A DNA stretch of 64,000 nucleotides from an uncultured Lachnospiraceae bacterium (GTDB lineage Bacteria; Bacillota; Clostridia; Lachnospirales; Lachnospiraceae). The translations under genes were made by a program, and so were the position numbers. Below are positions 1 through 10,811 of the stretch, piece after piece (position 1 is the stretch's first letter; every line of letters begins with the position of its first letter). Under the pieces are notes generated by a model, which made no database searches, was not told the DNA's origin, and was given only the letters and a program-made list of their open reading frames with translations. The stretch spans positions 2,862 through 66,861 of the forward strand of contig CAJUKV010000015.1 in assembly GCA_910587305.1 (NCBI GenBank). The letters run 5' to 3'.

Positions 1-57
1 CGGGCCTGTGCATCAAACGTCGACACGCTTCGCGAATCGGCTTATTGCATAAAAAAG

Positions 58-88
58 CTTCGGCAGTTTTGAGAAAAACTGCCGAAGC
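58..88. terminator. Hairpin, probable intrinsic terminator downstream of the ssrA-linked small ORF
   Basis: cttcggcagtttt / aaaactgccgaag inverted repeat, preceded by an A-run (U-tail on the minus strand). Confidence 0.55.
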
Positions 89-181
89 CTATGTCTTACA
101 CTAAAGAACTATCAATCGCTGCCGCGCTTCGCGAGACAGCTTATTGATGAAAAAACAGCTTGAAAAAGTATATTACATTTT

Positions 182-361
182 TTATTTTTCAATTAAAAGG
201 GGAGGGTTTTGATATAATTTTCTTTCTATTGCCGCCTGTTCTATATCTAATTGTTCCATTACCGCTTCAATACCGCCTCTTTTTGCCTCTCTCCTGATTC
301 GCTCAACAATTTCAAGTTGGACAAAAAGATTGATATTCAATTCTTTTTCATTTGTTGGCAT
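182..361 (-). CDS. Small hypothetical protein (59 aa) immediately downstream of tmRNA
   Basis: Strong RBS GGAGGTGA just upstream of ATG at 361; MPTNEKEL...LLIEK. Confidence 0.6.
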   Translation of the reverse strand: MPTNEKELNINLFVQLEIVERIRREAKRGGIEAVMEQLDIEQAAIERKLYQNPPLLIEK

Positions 362-389
362 ATAGCGTTCACCTCCTCTGTTCATTTGC

Positions 390-736
390 TGGAGCAGGCG
401 GGAGTCGAACCCGCGTCCAAAGACCTATTCCCTGTCCTTCTACTATCATAGTCGATTATTTCGGGTAAACCCTCATTCCCTCCTGAACCAGGAAACCGAC
501 GCCCCGGTTCATTTGGTAGCTTCATGATACGCCCATGGGTGCAAAGCTTAGCCCATGTCGTTTCCTACATAGTCGATGCCCGGTTCCTTATGTGTAGGTG
601 CATAGGGTCGGACAGCTGCCCTTAGGCAGCAAATGCTAAATTATCTTCAGCGTTTATATTTATTTTTGCGATTTGACGCATCGCCTGCGGATAGCTTCTC
701 CAGCTGCAAGATCCCTGTCGAAACCTTTACTACCCC
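390..736 (-). ncRNA. ssrA: tmRNA; tag peptide (A)AEDNLAFAA
   Basis: 5' GGGGTAGTAAAGGTTTCGAC; 3' T-arm GGGTTCGACTCCC and CTGCTCCA; tag reading frame 622-651 ends GCT GCC TAA; directly follows smpB; CCA not encoded. Confidence 0.97.
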
Positions 737-780
737 GGATAACTTTATTATAAGGGAAAGCCGCCAAAAATGCAACCTCC

Positions 781-1248
781 TTACGCCCGTAATCTTATCT
801 TCAGCTCCTTTTCCGCCTCACGTCTCTGATCCTTTTTGGCAATATCCTGCCGTTTATCATAGAGCTTTTTGCCTTTGGCAAGGCCAATCTCAATCTTGGC
901 CCTTCCATCGCTGAAATAAACCTGCAGGGGAACGATTGTGTATCCTTTTTCCGAGCTGTCGCCAATCAGCTTTCGGATTTGCTGTTTATGCAAAAGCAGT
1001 TTTTTTACCCGCAAAGGATCTTTATTAAAAATATTCCCTTTTTCGTAAGGGCTTATGTGCATACCATAAATAAACGCTTCTCCGTTTTCAAGGCGGATAA
1101 ACGCCTCCTTGATGCTGCACTTTCCCATCCGCAGGGATTTCACCTCCGTTCCATGCAAAACCAGACCCGCCTCATATTTTTCTTCTATAAAATAATCATG
1201 GTATGCTTTTTTGTTGTTTGCCACCAGCTTTTTGTCTTCCTTCGCCAT
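781..1248 (-). CDS. smpB: SsrA-binding protein
   Basis: [16 protein letters not shown] and KGKKLYDKR motifs. Confidence 0.98.
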   Translation of the reverse strand: MAKEDKKLVANNKKAYHDYFIEEKYEAGLVLHGTEVKSLRMGKCSIKEAFIRLENGEAFIYGMHISPYEKGNIFNKDPLRVKKLLLHKQQIRKLIGDSSEKGYTIVPLQVYFSDGRAKIEIGLAKGKKLYDKRQDIAKKDQRREAEKELKIRLRA

Positions 1249-1337
1249 AACCAACTATTCCTTTCCGGATTAACCTTTATTTTACAGCATATTTCCCTTT
1301 CACCTGTATATTTTCCTGCCGTTTGTGACAGAACAGG

Positions 1338-3488
1338 TTAAACCTGATCTTCCTCGGGCGCCCACACGAACTCTATGCTTTTTTGCAGATAATCCACACC
1401 ATCTACCATAATTCTGATTTTCTGCCCCAGCTTAAAGCTTCTGCCCGTATCCCTTCCCGTCATTTCATAGGCTTCTTCATTATAATAGTAATAATCCCCG
1501 ACAAGACGGGAGACATGAATCATTCCCTCTACGGTATTTGCCAGCTCCACATAGATTCCCCAGGCCGTAATCCCGGATATCACGCCTTCGTAAATCTCGC
1601 CGATTTTGCGCTCCATAAATTGTACTTTTTTCAGCTTTTCCGTCTCCCTCTCGGCTTCGTCGGCCCGGCGTTCCGTCTCGGAAGCATGTTTGGTTATCTC
1701 AGGGAGAATTTCATGGTAATGGGCCATCCTCTCTTCCCCCATCCTTCCCCGAAGCTGCTCTTTGATAATCCGGTGAATCTGCAAATCCGGATACCTTCTG
1801 ATAGGGGATGTAAAATGACAGTAAAACTGGCAAGCCAACCCGAAATGTCCGGTACAGTCTACCCCATACTTAGCCCGCTTCATACTTCGAAGGGTAAGTC
1901 TGCTGATTAACGCCTCCTCCTTCGTTCCTTCTATCTTTCCCAAGAGCTTTTGTATTTCTTTGGGATGTATTTCATTGTCTCCGCTTTTTACTTTCACATA
2001 GTAGCCGAAATTATTGATAAAGGTTCCCAGCTTTAAAATCTTTTCCGGATCCGGGTAGTCATGGGTTCTGTACACGAAGGGCACTTCCATCCAATAGTAA
2101 TGCTGCGCCACCGTTTCGTTGGCAACCAGCATGAAATCCTCTATGATTTTCGTGGCGGCGTTCCTCTCATAGGGTTTTATGGAAACCGGACGCCCATTTT
2201 CATCCAGGGTAATCTTACTTTCCGGAAAATCAAAATCTATGGAACCCCTTTTTTTTCTTTTTGTTCTTATCAGATCCGCCAGCTCCTTCATCAAAAAGAA
2301 CATAGGGGTTAATTCTTCAAATTTTTTTAACGCATCCGCATCCTGTTCCAAAATTTTATTCACATCCGTATAGGACATTCTCCGGTCCACACAGATAACC
2401 GTTTCCGCGATCTCGTAATCCATCACTTCTCCCTTTTGGTTCAGGGTCATCAGACAGCTTAAGGCGAGCCTGTCCTCGCCCATGTTTAAAGAACAGATTC
2501 CATTCGACAGGGTATGAGGCAGCATTGGAATCACCCTGTCCACTAGATAGACGCTGGTTCCACGGTTAAGAGCCTCGTGATCTAAGGCTGAATTTTCCTG
2601 TACATAGTTGGCTACATCCGCAATGTGCACGCCTAAGAAATATTTATCCCCTTCTTTTGAAAGACTGACAGCATCGTCCAAATCTTTTGCATCCTCGCCG
2701 TCAATGGTTACCATCCGCACCTTCCGCAGATCTTTGCGTCCTTCCATATCCATAGCGCTTACAGGCTTCGCCACACGCGACGCCTGGTTTAGCATCTTTT
2801 CCGAAAACTCTATGGGCAGATCAAAGCCCTTTGCAATGGAAAGGATATCCACACCCGGGTCATTTACATGCCCCAATATTTCAATCACCTTTCCCTCCGG
2901 CTTATGTTTATTGTCCCCATAGTCGGTTAATTCCACTACCACCTTATGACCTGTGACCGCTCCTTTAGAACGCTCTCCCGGCACGAAAATATCGGAAGTG
3001 ATTTTGTCATTATCGGGGATTACAAAGCCAAAGCCCCCGGCCCTGTCAAAGGTTCCGACCACCTGCGTAAGACCATGGGAAAGGATAGCGGTGATTTGGG
3101 CTTCCTGCCTTTTCCCATGCTGCTCCTTTAAAAGCGCCACCCTTACCTTATCCTTGTGAAAAGCGCCGTTTATATTTTCCTCCGGTATAAAAAGATCCTG
3201 CTCACGGCCTTCGATTTCCACAAATCCAAATCCCCTTGGATTGCTGATAAAGGTGCCCTCCAAGCCGGCCGCCGCGCCGTCGCCTTTGCTGTATTTTCCT
3301 CTCTTGCTAACCTGAAGCTTCCCTTCTTCCAGCAGTTCTTTCAATAAGTCTTTCAGCTCCTGCCTTTCTTCGGCTTCCACCTGCATAAAAAGGGCCAATT
3401 CCTTTTCCTTCATAGGAACATAGAAATCCCCTTCCACCAGCTCACATATCAGTTTTTTTCGCTTATCGCGAATTTCATTTCTATTAAT
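1338..3488 (-). CDS. rnr: Ribonuclease R (start probably ATT at 3488)
   Basis: TIDGEDAKDLDDA, HFTSPIRRYPDL, C-terminal S1 domain; secG-rnr-smpB synteny. Confidence 0.95.
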   Translation of the reverse strand: MNRNEIRDKRKKLICELVEGDFYVPMKEKELALFMQVEAEERQELKDLLKELLEEGKLQVSKRGKYSKGDGAAAGLEGTFISNPRGFGFVEIEGREQDLFIPEENINGAFHKDKVRVALLKEQHGKRQEAQITAILSHGLTQVVGTFDRAGGFGFVIPDNDKITSDIFVPGERSKGAVTGHKVVVELTDYGDNKHKPEGKVIEILGHVNDPGVDILSIAKGFDLPIEFSEKMLNQASRVAKPVSAMDMEGRKDLRKVRMVTIDGEDAKDLDDAVSLSKEGDKYFLGVHIADVANYVQENSALDHEALNRGTSVYLVDRVIPMLPHTLSNGICSLNMGEDRLALSCLMTLNQKGEVMDYEIAETVICVDRRMSYTDVNKILEQDADALKKFEELTPMFFLMKELADLIRTKRKKRGSIDFDFPESKITLDENGRPVSIKPYERNAATKIIEDFMLVANETVAQHYYWMEVPFVYRTHDYPDPEKILKLGTFINNFGYYVKVKSGDNEIHPKEIQKLLGKIEGTKEEALISRLTLRSMKRAKYGVDCTGHFGLACQFYCHFTSPIRRYPDLQIHRIIKEQLRGRMGEERMAHYHEILPEITKHASETERRADEAERETEKLKKVQFMERKIGEIYEGVISGITAWGIYVELANTVEGMIHVSRLVGDYYYYNEEAYEMTGRDTGRSFKLGQKIRIMVDGVDYLQKSIEFVWAPEEDQV

Positions 3489-3564
3489 AATCTTGCTCCT
3501 TTCATGGCCTGCGAATTTATACAATAAAAACGTATGAGCCAGGCACAAAAAAACGAAAAGGACT

Positions 3565-3598
3565 AAAAAAGGCATTCTCTTACAAGAATGCCTTTTTT
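3565..3598 (-). terminator. Intrinsic terminator after secG
   Basis: aaaaaaggcattct...agaatgcctttttt. Confidence 0.75.
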
Positions 3599-3603
3599 AA
3601 ATC

Positions 3604-3843
3604 CTAAAATACATTAAGATTTAAAATTATCGTAAGCGCCATAAAACCAATGGCCAGATACTTGGTAATCTTCACAAGCTTTCCTTCCATAGAACGCCCT
3701 TTGTTTTTACCCCAGTATGTTTCCGCCGCACCGCTTATAGCTCCCAATCCTGCCGATTTGCCTTCCTGCATCAAAACCAGTACCGTTAATCCAATACATA
3801 TCAATATAAAAATCACTTGAAGTACAATTCTCAGTACACCCAT
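3604..3843 (-). CDS. secG: Preprotein translocase subunit SecG
   Basis: Two TM segments, VLMQEGKSAGLG motif, synteny. Confidence 0.95.
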   Translation of the reverse strand: MGVLRIVLQVIFILICIGLTVLVLMQEGKSAGLGAISGAAETYWGKNKGRSMEGKLVKITKYLAIGFMALTIILNLNVF

Positions 3844-3970
3844 CTTTCAAACCTCCTGCATAAAACACCTAACGCCAAACAAAAGTTAGCATAACATATT
3901 ATGGAATATATTTCAAGTGTTTTATTTTGTTGTTACCCAATATCGGCAGAGCAAATTTTTCCTGTAGCTG

Positions 3971-5605
3971 TTACTGCTGTGCCGGCGCTGCGCCCTCCGG
4001 GGCCGGGGACGCCGCCTCCTGTGCGGGCGCATTTTCCGCAACCGCTTCCGTCAAAATTCCGTCCGGGGTTGTAACGTAAGCTGTGCCCTCAATTTCAACA
4101 GCCTGATTTCTTACCAGTGCGCCTGCAGCGTCAAAATAGTAGGGCTGCTTGTCTATCTCGTAAACGCCTGTCACGATATGGCCGTTCGCATCTGCATAGT
4201 AGGTCTTATCCGCCGCCGTAAACCAGCCGGTAACCATCTGACCGTTTGCAGGGTCATAATAGTAGCTTCCATCTTCTCTTGCCACCATTCCGGTTGTCAT
4301 AACGCCCTCAGGGTTAAAGAAATAATTCTGTTTGTCAATCACCACCGCTCCGGTTACCATATGGCCGTCGTCGGGAGAGAGATAATGGCGGCCCTTGGCG
4401 TCATCCAAAAAGCCTCTCACCTTACCGCCCGTAGAGGGATCGTAGTAAAATGTCCCGTTTTCAAGGCTTACCCAGCCGTGCTGGCGAATGCCGTCAGCAC
4501 TGAAAAGATATTCCACATTGTCAATCACCTGTCCGCCTGTGAGCATATGGCCGTCCGTTCTGTCAAAGAAATAGAAATTCCCCTTATCATCGCTGAGCCA
4601 TTCCCGCTTCATGGTTCCGTTGCTTGAAGGGTCATAAAAATATTTTGCTTCGCCAATGTTCACCCAGCCGGAAGTCTTAATTCCGTCTGTTGTAAAATAG
4701 TAGTCTCCGCCGTCAATATGGCACTGGCCTCTTGCAATACTTCCGTCCTGAGGGGACAGATAATAGTCTCCGGTCTGGTCCGTGAACCAGCCTCTTACCA
4801 GATTTCCCGCGCCGTCCAAAAAGTATTTCGTGTCATTATACGCTACCCAGCCTTTTTGCATTTTCCAGTTGCTGTAAAAGCGCACGTTGCCGTTATGCTC
4901 GATAAAGCCTTCCGGAATAATCAGCTGGCTGTAGTCTTTATACTGATAATTCACATCCACACGTCCGCCGACGCCGCCAACGTTTCCATGGCTGGAATAC
5001 TGCCAGAAACAGACATTGTTGTTATAATCACAGCTGGAATTGTACTGGGCCACCCATTTATCCCAGCCTGCGTTCGCCATCTTATCTCTGAACATATTGC
5101 GGCTGGAATATACCATGGGATAATACCCTGCCGCGTCTATCGTTGTGCAAAAAGCATTTACAATATCGATCAGCTGCTGGTTGGAAAGTCCCTTGTGACA
5201 TTTATCCTCAATATCAAAAACAATTGGGAAGTTTACGGTGTAGGGCGCTATCCACTGCAAAACCAAATTGGCTTCGTTTACCGCCTGCTCAGGCGTTACC
5301 GCATAGGAGTAAAGATATACGCCTGTCTTAAGCCCTGCCGCCTGCGCTCCCGTAATGTTAGCCGCAAACTGCGGATCTACGCCGCTGTTGGTACTTCCCA
5401 CCTTGATGAAGGTAAATTTCATACCGGACGCCGCTACCTGTCCCCAATTTACCGCGCCATTGTGCTTGGATACGTCGATTCCCTGGGCAATCGCCCCGTT
5501 TGACGTCACCGCAAGCGCTTCCCCTGCGGGAGCCATACCTAGCATTGCCACTGTAAGCAGCCCTGCGCAAAATCTGCCAAGGGCTTTTTTCCAATTCTTT
5601 TTCAT
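3971..5605 (-). CDS. Secreted GH25 lysozyme/muramidase with cell-wall (choline)-binding repeats
   Basis: Signal peptide; GIDVSKHNG, FDIED and WQYSS motifs; repeated GW...YYF/YYYD units. Confidence 0.9.
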   Translation of the reverse strand: MKKNWKKALGRFCAGLLTVAMLGMAPAGEALAVTSNGAIAQGIDVSKHNGAVNWGQVAASGMKFTFIKVGSTNSGVDPQFAANITGAQAAGLKTGVYLYSYAVTPEQAVNEANLVLQWIAPYTVNFPIVFDIEDKCHKGLSNQQLIDIVNAFCTTIDAAGYYPMVYSSRNMFRDKMANAGWDKWVAQYNSSCDYNNNVCFWQYSSHGNVGGVGGRVDVNYQYKDYSQLIIPEGFIEHNGNVRFYSNWKMQKGWVAYNDTKYFLDGAGNLVRGWFTDQTGDYYLSPQDGSIARGQCHIDGGDYYFTTDGIKTSGWVNIGEAKYFYDPSSNGTMKREWLSDDKGNFYFFDRTDGHMLTGGQVIDNVEYLFSADGIRQHGWVSLENGTFYYDPSTGGKVRGFLDDAKGRHYLSPDDGHMVTGAVVIDKQNYFFNPEGVMTTGMVAREDGSYYYDPANGQMVTGWFTAADKTYYADANGHIVTGVYEIDKQPYYFDAAGALVRNQAVEIEGTAYVTTPDGILTEAVAENAPAQEAASPAPEGAAPAQQ

Positions 5606-5797
5606 TCGTTCTTTTCCTCTCTCTTCCTGTGTTCCTTACGCATTTTCGTCTGCGTTTTCGCCTGTTATTGTGTATTTTAGCCCCTTCGCCGGACTCTTTG
5701 CCTGTGTTTTTCAACCTCTCATTTGCCTTTGTCTTTTCTCTGCCGTTTTTCACAGGCAACTATCCGTCAGCGCACTTTCCGGACAGGGCCATGTTTG

Positions 5798-5890
5798 CAC
5801 TATGCCTACTTGCATTATACATACTTGTATTATGCCTATTTGCATTGTACAGATTCTTCTTGCGCATGTCCGCATTATGCCTACCTGCCC
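5798..5890. repeat. Degenerate ~15-bp tandem repeat (tatgcctacttgcat)
   Basis: tatgcctacttgcat / tatacatacttgtat / tatgcctatttgcat, plus tatgcctacctgc further on. Confidence 0.7.
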
Positions 5891-5908
5891 GGCTTGTTGC
5901 CCGTAAAA

Positions 5909-7240
<1,332 letters not shown>

Positions 7241-7336
7241 CTAAACAAAAATTTTATAAGTATTGTATCCGCTTTTGTAACTTGGTATACTATCTTTGGT
7301 TCTGCTTTCAATATTATTTACGGAGGTTTTCAGGCC

Positions 7337-9088
7337 ATGAACCGAATATCACAGTTGATAAAAGAAAAAGCTTTCCATTTGAATACGGCTTTCGCTTCTA
7401 ACGCAAAGCTGCTCTCTCAAAAAGACTTTCTTTGTATGTTTATTTTCATTTATCTGTTCACCCTGCTGGCTTTTTACCGGCTGGGAAATAATTACGCTCC
7501 TTCCACCAGCTACGGCGCAGATTCGGATAACCGGGACATTGTGCTTGATTTTGGAGAATATTTGGATGTTGGATCTATTTCCATCTTTCTTGGGAATTTA
7601 AACACAAGACATTTTTCCATATCCGCCTTCAACGAGGTGACCGGAGCCTGGGAAATATGTAATGGAGATACCATTGCGGAATCTGTTTTTGCATGGAATA
7701 AAATAGACGTCAATTACCGGCTGCGCTATCTTGGAATCGTTTCCACCGACGACACGGCCATCTTAAATGAAATGGTGGTGCAAAGCACTGACGGCAGCAT
7801 TTTAACGCCGGTCAACGCGGCGGAATATCCCGCCCTTTTTGACGAACAGTATATGTTTCCCGATGCGAAAACCTATCTGAATTCCACCATGTTTGACGAG
7901 GTTTATCACGGGCGGACCGCCTACGAATTTATTCATGGCCTTACTGCCTACGAGACCACCCATCCCCACCTTGGGAAAATCCTGATTGCCTTAGGCATAC
8001 TTGTTTTTGGCATGAATCCTTTTGGATGGCGGTTCATGTCGGCGGCTTTCGGCATCTTCATGGTTCCGCTTATGTATCTTTTTGCAAAGAGGCTCTCTAA
8101 GAGCACTTTTATTGCCTCCGCCACTACCTGCCTGCTGGTCTTCGACTGTATCCATTTTACTTTATCCAGAATTGCCACCATAGATATCTTTGCGGCCTTT
8201 TTTATCCTGCTGATGTATGATTTTATGTATCAGTATTTTACGCAGGACGCTAAATACCGCAGCAGTGAGGCGTCCCGGACGGATTTGTTTCCGCCTGGAA
8301 ATGTGGCTCTGCCTCTTGCCCTTAGCGGAATCAGCATGGCTCTTGGGGTCGCAACGAAGTGGACGGGCGTTTATGCCGGTTTGGGGTTAGCCGTTCTCTT
8401 TTTCTGGTACACGATCGCCCATTTTCCCAAAAAACAGGTTCTGCGGCTGTTTGGCTTTTGCTGCGTATTTTTTGTGGCGGTGCCGTTAATCGTCTATGTT
8501 CTTTGTTTTATCCCCGTAGTAGATAATGGACAGTATCATAACCTGATGGATAAAGCTTTGCAGGGAACCGTCAGCATGTTTGATTATCATTCTAATCTGG
8601 AGGCGGAGCATTACTACAGCTCTCCTTTTTATGAATGGCCCATCATTTGGATGCCTTTGCTTGATGCAAATGATGAAGTGAACGCAATTCAGGTAAGCGC
8701 AGTAAGCTGTATGGGCAATCCTGCCATCTGGTGGGTGGGGATTCCCTGCGTATTTTATGTGTTTTTCCGTTGGATTTTTCAGAAAGATAAAAAGGCCGGG
8801 TTCCTTTGCATTGCCTACCTGGCACAGTATATTCCCTGGATGCCTATCAGCAGGATTACGTTCATTTATCACTATTTTCCGGCTATATTATTTGTGATTT
8901 TAATGATGGGATATGTTATGGGGCGTATAAAGGAACGTTTCGTGTGGGGGAAAAAAGCGATTGCCGCTTATCTGGTTTTGGCTGTGCTTTGCTTTTTTCT
9001 GTTTTATCCGGTGGTTTCAGGGTTCCCGATTGATAAGGAGTATGGGATGCGGCTTCGATGGCTGAAAGAGTGGATTTTGGTGCTTTGA
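7337..9088 (+). CDS. GT39/PMT-like phospholipid-carrier-dependent glycosyltransferase
   Basis: MFDEVYH, THPHLGK, FGWRF, ATKWTG, FIYHYFP motifs; many TM helices; RBS GGAGG before ATG 7337. Confidence 0.85.
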   Translation: MNRISQLIKEKAFHLNTAFASNAKLLSQKDFLCMFIFIYLFTLLAFYRLGNNYAPSTSYGADSDNRDIVLDFGEYLDVGSISIFLGNLNTRHFSISAFNEVTGAWEICNGDTIAESVFAWNKIDVNYRLRYLGIVSTDDTAILNEMVVQSTDGSILTPVNAAEYPALFDEQYMFPDAKTYLNSTMFDEVYHGRTAYEFIHGLTAYETTHPHLGKILIALGILVFGMNPFGWRFMSAAFGIFMVPLMYLFAKRLSKSTFIASATTCLLVFDCIHFTLSRIATIDIFAAFFILLMYDFMYQYFTQDAKYRSSEASRTDLFPPGNVALPLALSGISMALGVATKWTGVYAGLGLAVLFFWYTIAHFPKKQVLRLFGFCCVFFVAVPLIVYVLCFIPVVDNGQYHNLMDKALQGTVSMFDYHSNLEAEHYYSSPFYEWPIIWMPLLDANDEVNAIQVSAVSCMGNPAIWWVGIPCVFYVFFRWIFQKDKKAGFLCIAYLAQYIPWMPISRITFIYHYFPAILFVILMMGYVMGRIKERFVWGKKAIAAYLVLAVLCFFLFYPVVSGFPIDKEYGMRLRWLKEWILVL

Positions 9089-9110
9089 TGGCTGCTTTTT
9101 ATGTATTGGT

Positions 9111-9266
9111 TATCCGTCCGCTTCACCGCGGATAGAAATTCAGTCGTCACCACGCTTTCGCTCTATAAAAACGCAGCAGACGCTAAACTCGTGAAAAACC
9201 TCGTTAAGCGCTGGCGTTTTTATAAGGGTTACTCCTTGAATTTCTATCCGCGGTGAAGCTGCTTTT
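9111..9266. repeat. Palindromic dispersed repeat, family A, copy 1
   Basis: 23-bp perfect arms 9120-9142 / 9237-9259; reverse-complement homolog at 20960-21113. Confidence 0.85.
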
Positions 9267-9289
9267 CCGGTTATCCTATAAAATAATTT

Positions 9290-9401
9290 GGTGTTAGTCC
9301 GTAAATATGTTGGTACTTAAAATTGCTTGTTTTCAGACCACATAAATTCAGGATGCTTAGACTGTAAATCATACCCACCAACACACTTTCGGACTAACAC
9401 C
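9290..9401. mobile_element. MITE, 112 bp, with 8-bp target duplication
   Basis: TIR GGTGTTAGTCCG...CGGACTAACACC (imperfectly ~25 bp); AATAATTT at 9282-9289 and 9402-9409. Confidence 0.85.
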
Positions 9402-9408
9402 AATAATT

Positions 9409-10608
9409 TTAATTTATCTCCTGTTTACGTATTTGGTTGTATAAGTCATATCCTACGTAAATGATAAGAGCTAACAGGGCGATTGATACGTATTGCAAGG
9501 GGACGATGTGGACGGCTATCAGGTAGGGCATAAAAGTCAGGACGGATATCAGGGTGAAGGCGCAGGTTATGGGAAGCTTTTTTGTGTTTATGAATCCGTA
9601 TAGGATCGCCAGCAGGTCAATCAGAAAGCCGTAGCGGTCGTGCATGTGGGGGAGGGAATATACGGTTATGGCTACGGTGAAAAGGGCAAGGGTTATCGTC
9701 AGTTCGCCTGTCAGTTTGACTTTTTTGGCATACAGGTAGTAGGCGATGCAGCCCAGCAGCATGATCGTCATGAAGGTTCCGGCGCCGCTGACCTGATCCG
9801 CGTAGTGAAGGTCAGGCATCGCTTCGCCCAGAAGCGCATATATATTGGGGTATTCAAGGGTTCCCCAGGGGTATGTGTTTGTCTGGTCAAAATAGATCAG
9901 CATCAGTTCCTTAAAATCACGTCCAAGCATCCACGCCGGAAGGGCGCTAATTACATACACAGCCGGTATCCACAAGAAATGCCGCAGATAGATTGTGTTT
10001 TTTTTCAGCCACATAATCAGGAGAAACGGGATGATGAAAACTGCCTGCAATTTAAAGGAAAAGGATATGCCGATGAAAATCAGACATCCCTGGCTGTCAC
10101 CCTTAAAAAAGCGGTATAAAGCGTAAAGGATGAATGTGGTATATATAATGTCGCACTGACACCAGTATGCGCCGTCCAAAATCACCGTTGGGGACAAAAG
10201 GATGCCTGCCATCGCCATAATTGCCCGCCCTTTACTAGCCGTCAGTCCGTATACTATCAGAAAAACAGCAATGGATGCCAGGTAATCAAACAAGACCGAT
10301 ACCAGCTTTAATCCGTACAGGTCGTTATCCGTTATGTAGGAAATAAGGCACATAATGTACATATAGGGGGAGGTGTAGTTGGAAATCTGCTTTCCAAGAG
10401 AAGGGAATCCTCCCTCCCCACGAATCTGCTGCATCCAATCCGCTAAAAATCCCCAATAGTCCGCCGATTCAATGGGCATCAGTTTCCATCTTATCATAAA
10501 AGCAAAAAAGAAAAGACATCCGATAAACAGAAAATCTACCGCTTTAAACTCAATGCTTCCGATCTTGATTTTTTTCATCATCATTTTATCCATGATGCGC
10601 TCGTCCAT
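9409..10608 (-). CDS. GT-C fold membrane glycosyltransferase (mannosyltransferase-like)
   Basis: SNYTSPY, WCQCDIIY, FKLQA, LPHMHDRY motifs; polytopic; RBS AGGAGG before 10608. Confidence 0.75.
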   Translation of the reverse strand: MDERIMDKMMMKKIKIGSIEFKAVDFLFIGCLFFFAFMIRWKLMPIESADYWGFLADWMQQIRGEGGFPSLGKQISNYTSPYMYIMCLISYITDNDLYGLKLVSVLFDYLASIAVFLIVYGLTASKGRAIMAMAGILLSPTVILDGAYWCQCDIIYTTFILYALYRFFKGDSQGCLIFIGISFSFKLQAVFIIPFLLIMWLKKNTIYLRHFLWIPAVYVISALPAWMLGRDFKELMLIYFDQTNTYPWGTLEYPNIYALLGEAMPDLHYADQVSGAGTFMTIMLLGCIAYYLYAKKVKLTGELTITLALFTVAITVYSLPHMHDRYGFLIDLLAILYGFINTKKLPITCAFTLISVLTFMPYLIAVHIVPLQYVSIALLALIIYVGYDLYNQIRKQEIN

Positions 10609-10811
10609 TTCCGTCCTCCTGCTGCCAACAGTAATCTCCATGCATACCGCTTAAATAAATTGGTGTTTACTTATACCATTCTATTTTACCAGACACTCTT
10701 TTAATCGGCAATCATTATAATGGGCACGGACAAAGTCAGGCAGGGTAGACAGCTTATTTATACAAAAGGAGCCTGTGCAAGAAGGCTCCCTTTGTCGCAT
10801 TTTTCTATTTA

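Noticed and set aside
251..914. ORFs 251-451 and 633-914
   Set aside because: Antisense to tmRNA and smpB; no coding features
3489..3575. N-terminal extension of RNase R in the ORF track
   Set aside because: The ATG lies inside the secG terminator with no RBS; the SD at 3496-3502 points to a later start
5798..5890. Tandem repeat as a CRISPR array or real CDS (ORF 5723-6151)
   Set aside because: No unique spacers; the ORF is antisense to eno and low complexity
4178..5906. Long plus-strand ORFs opposite the GH25 gene, and similar shadow ORFs elsewhere
   Set aside because: Antisense shadows of well-supported genes with no recognisable motifs
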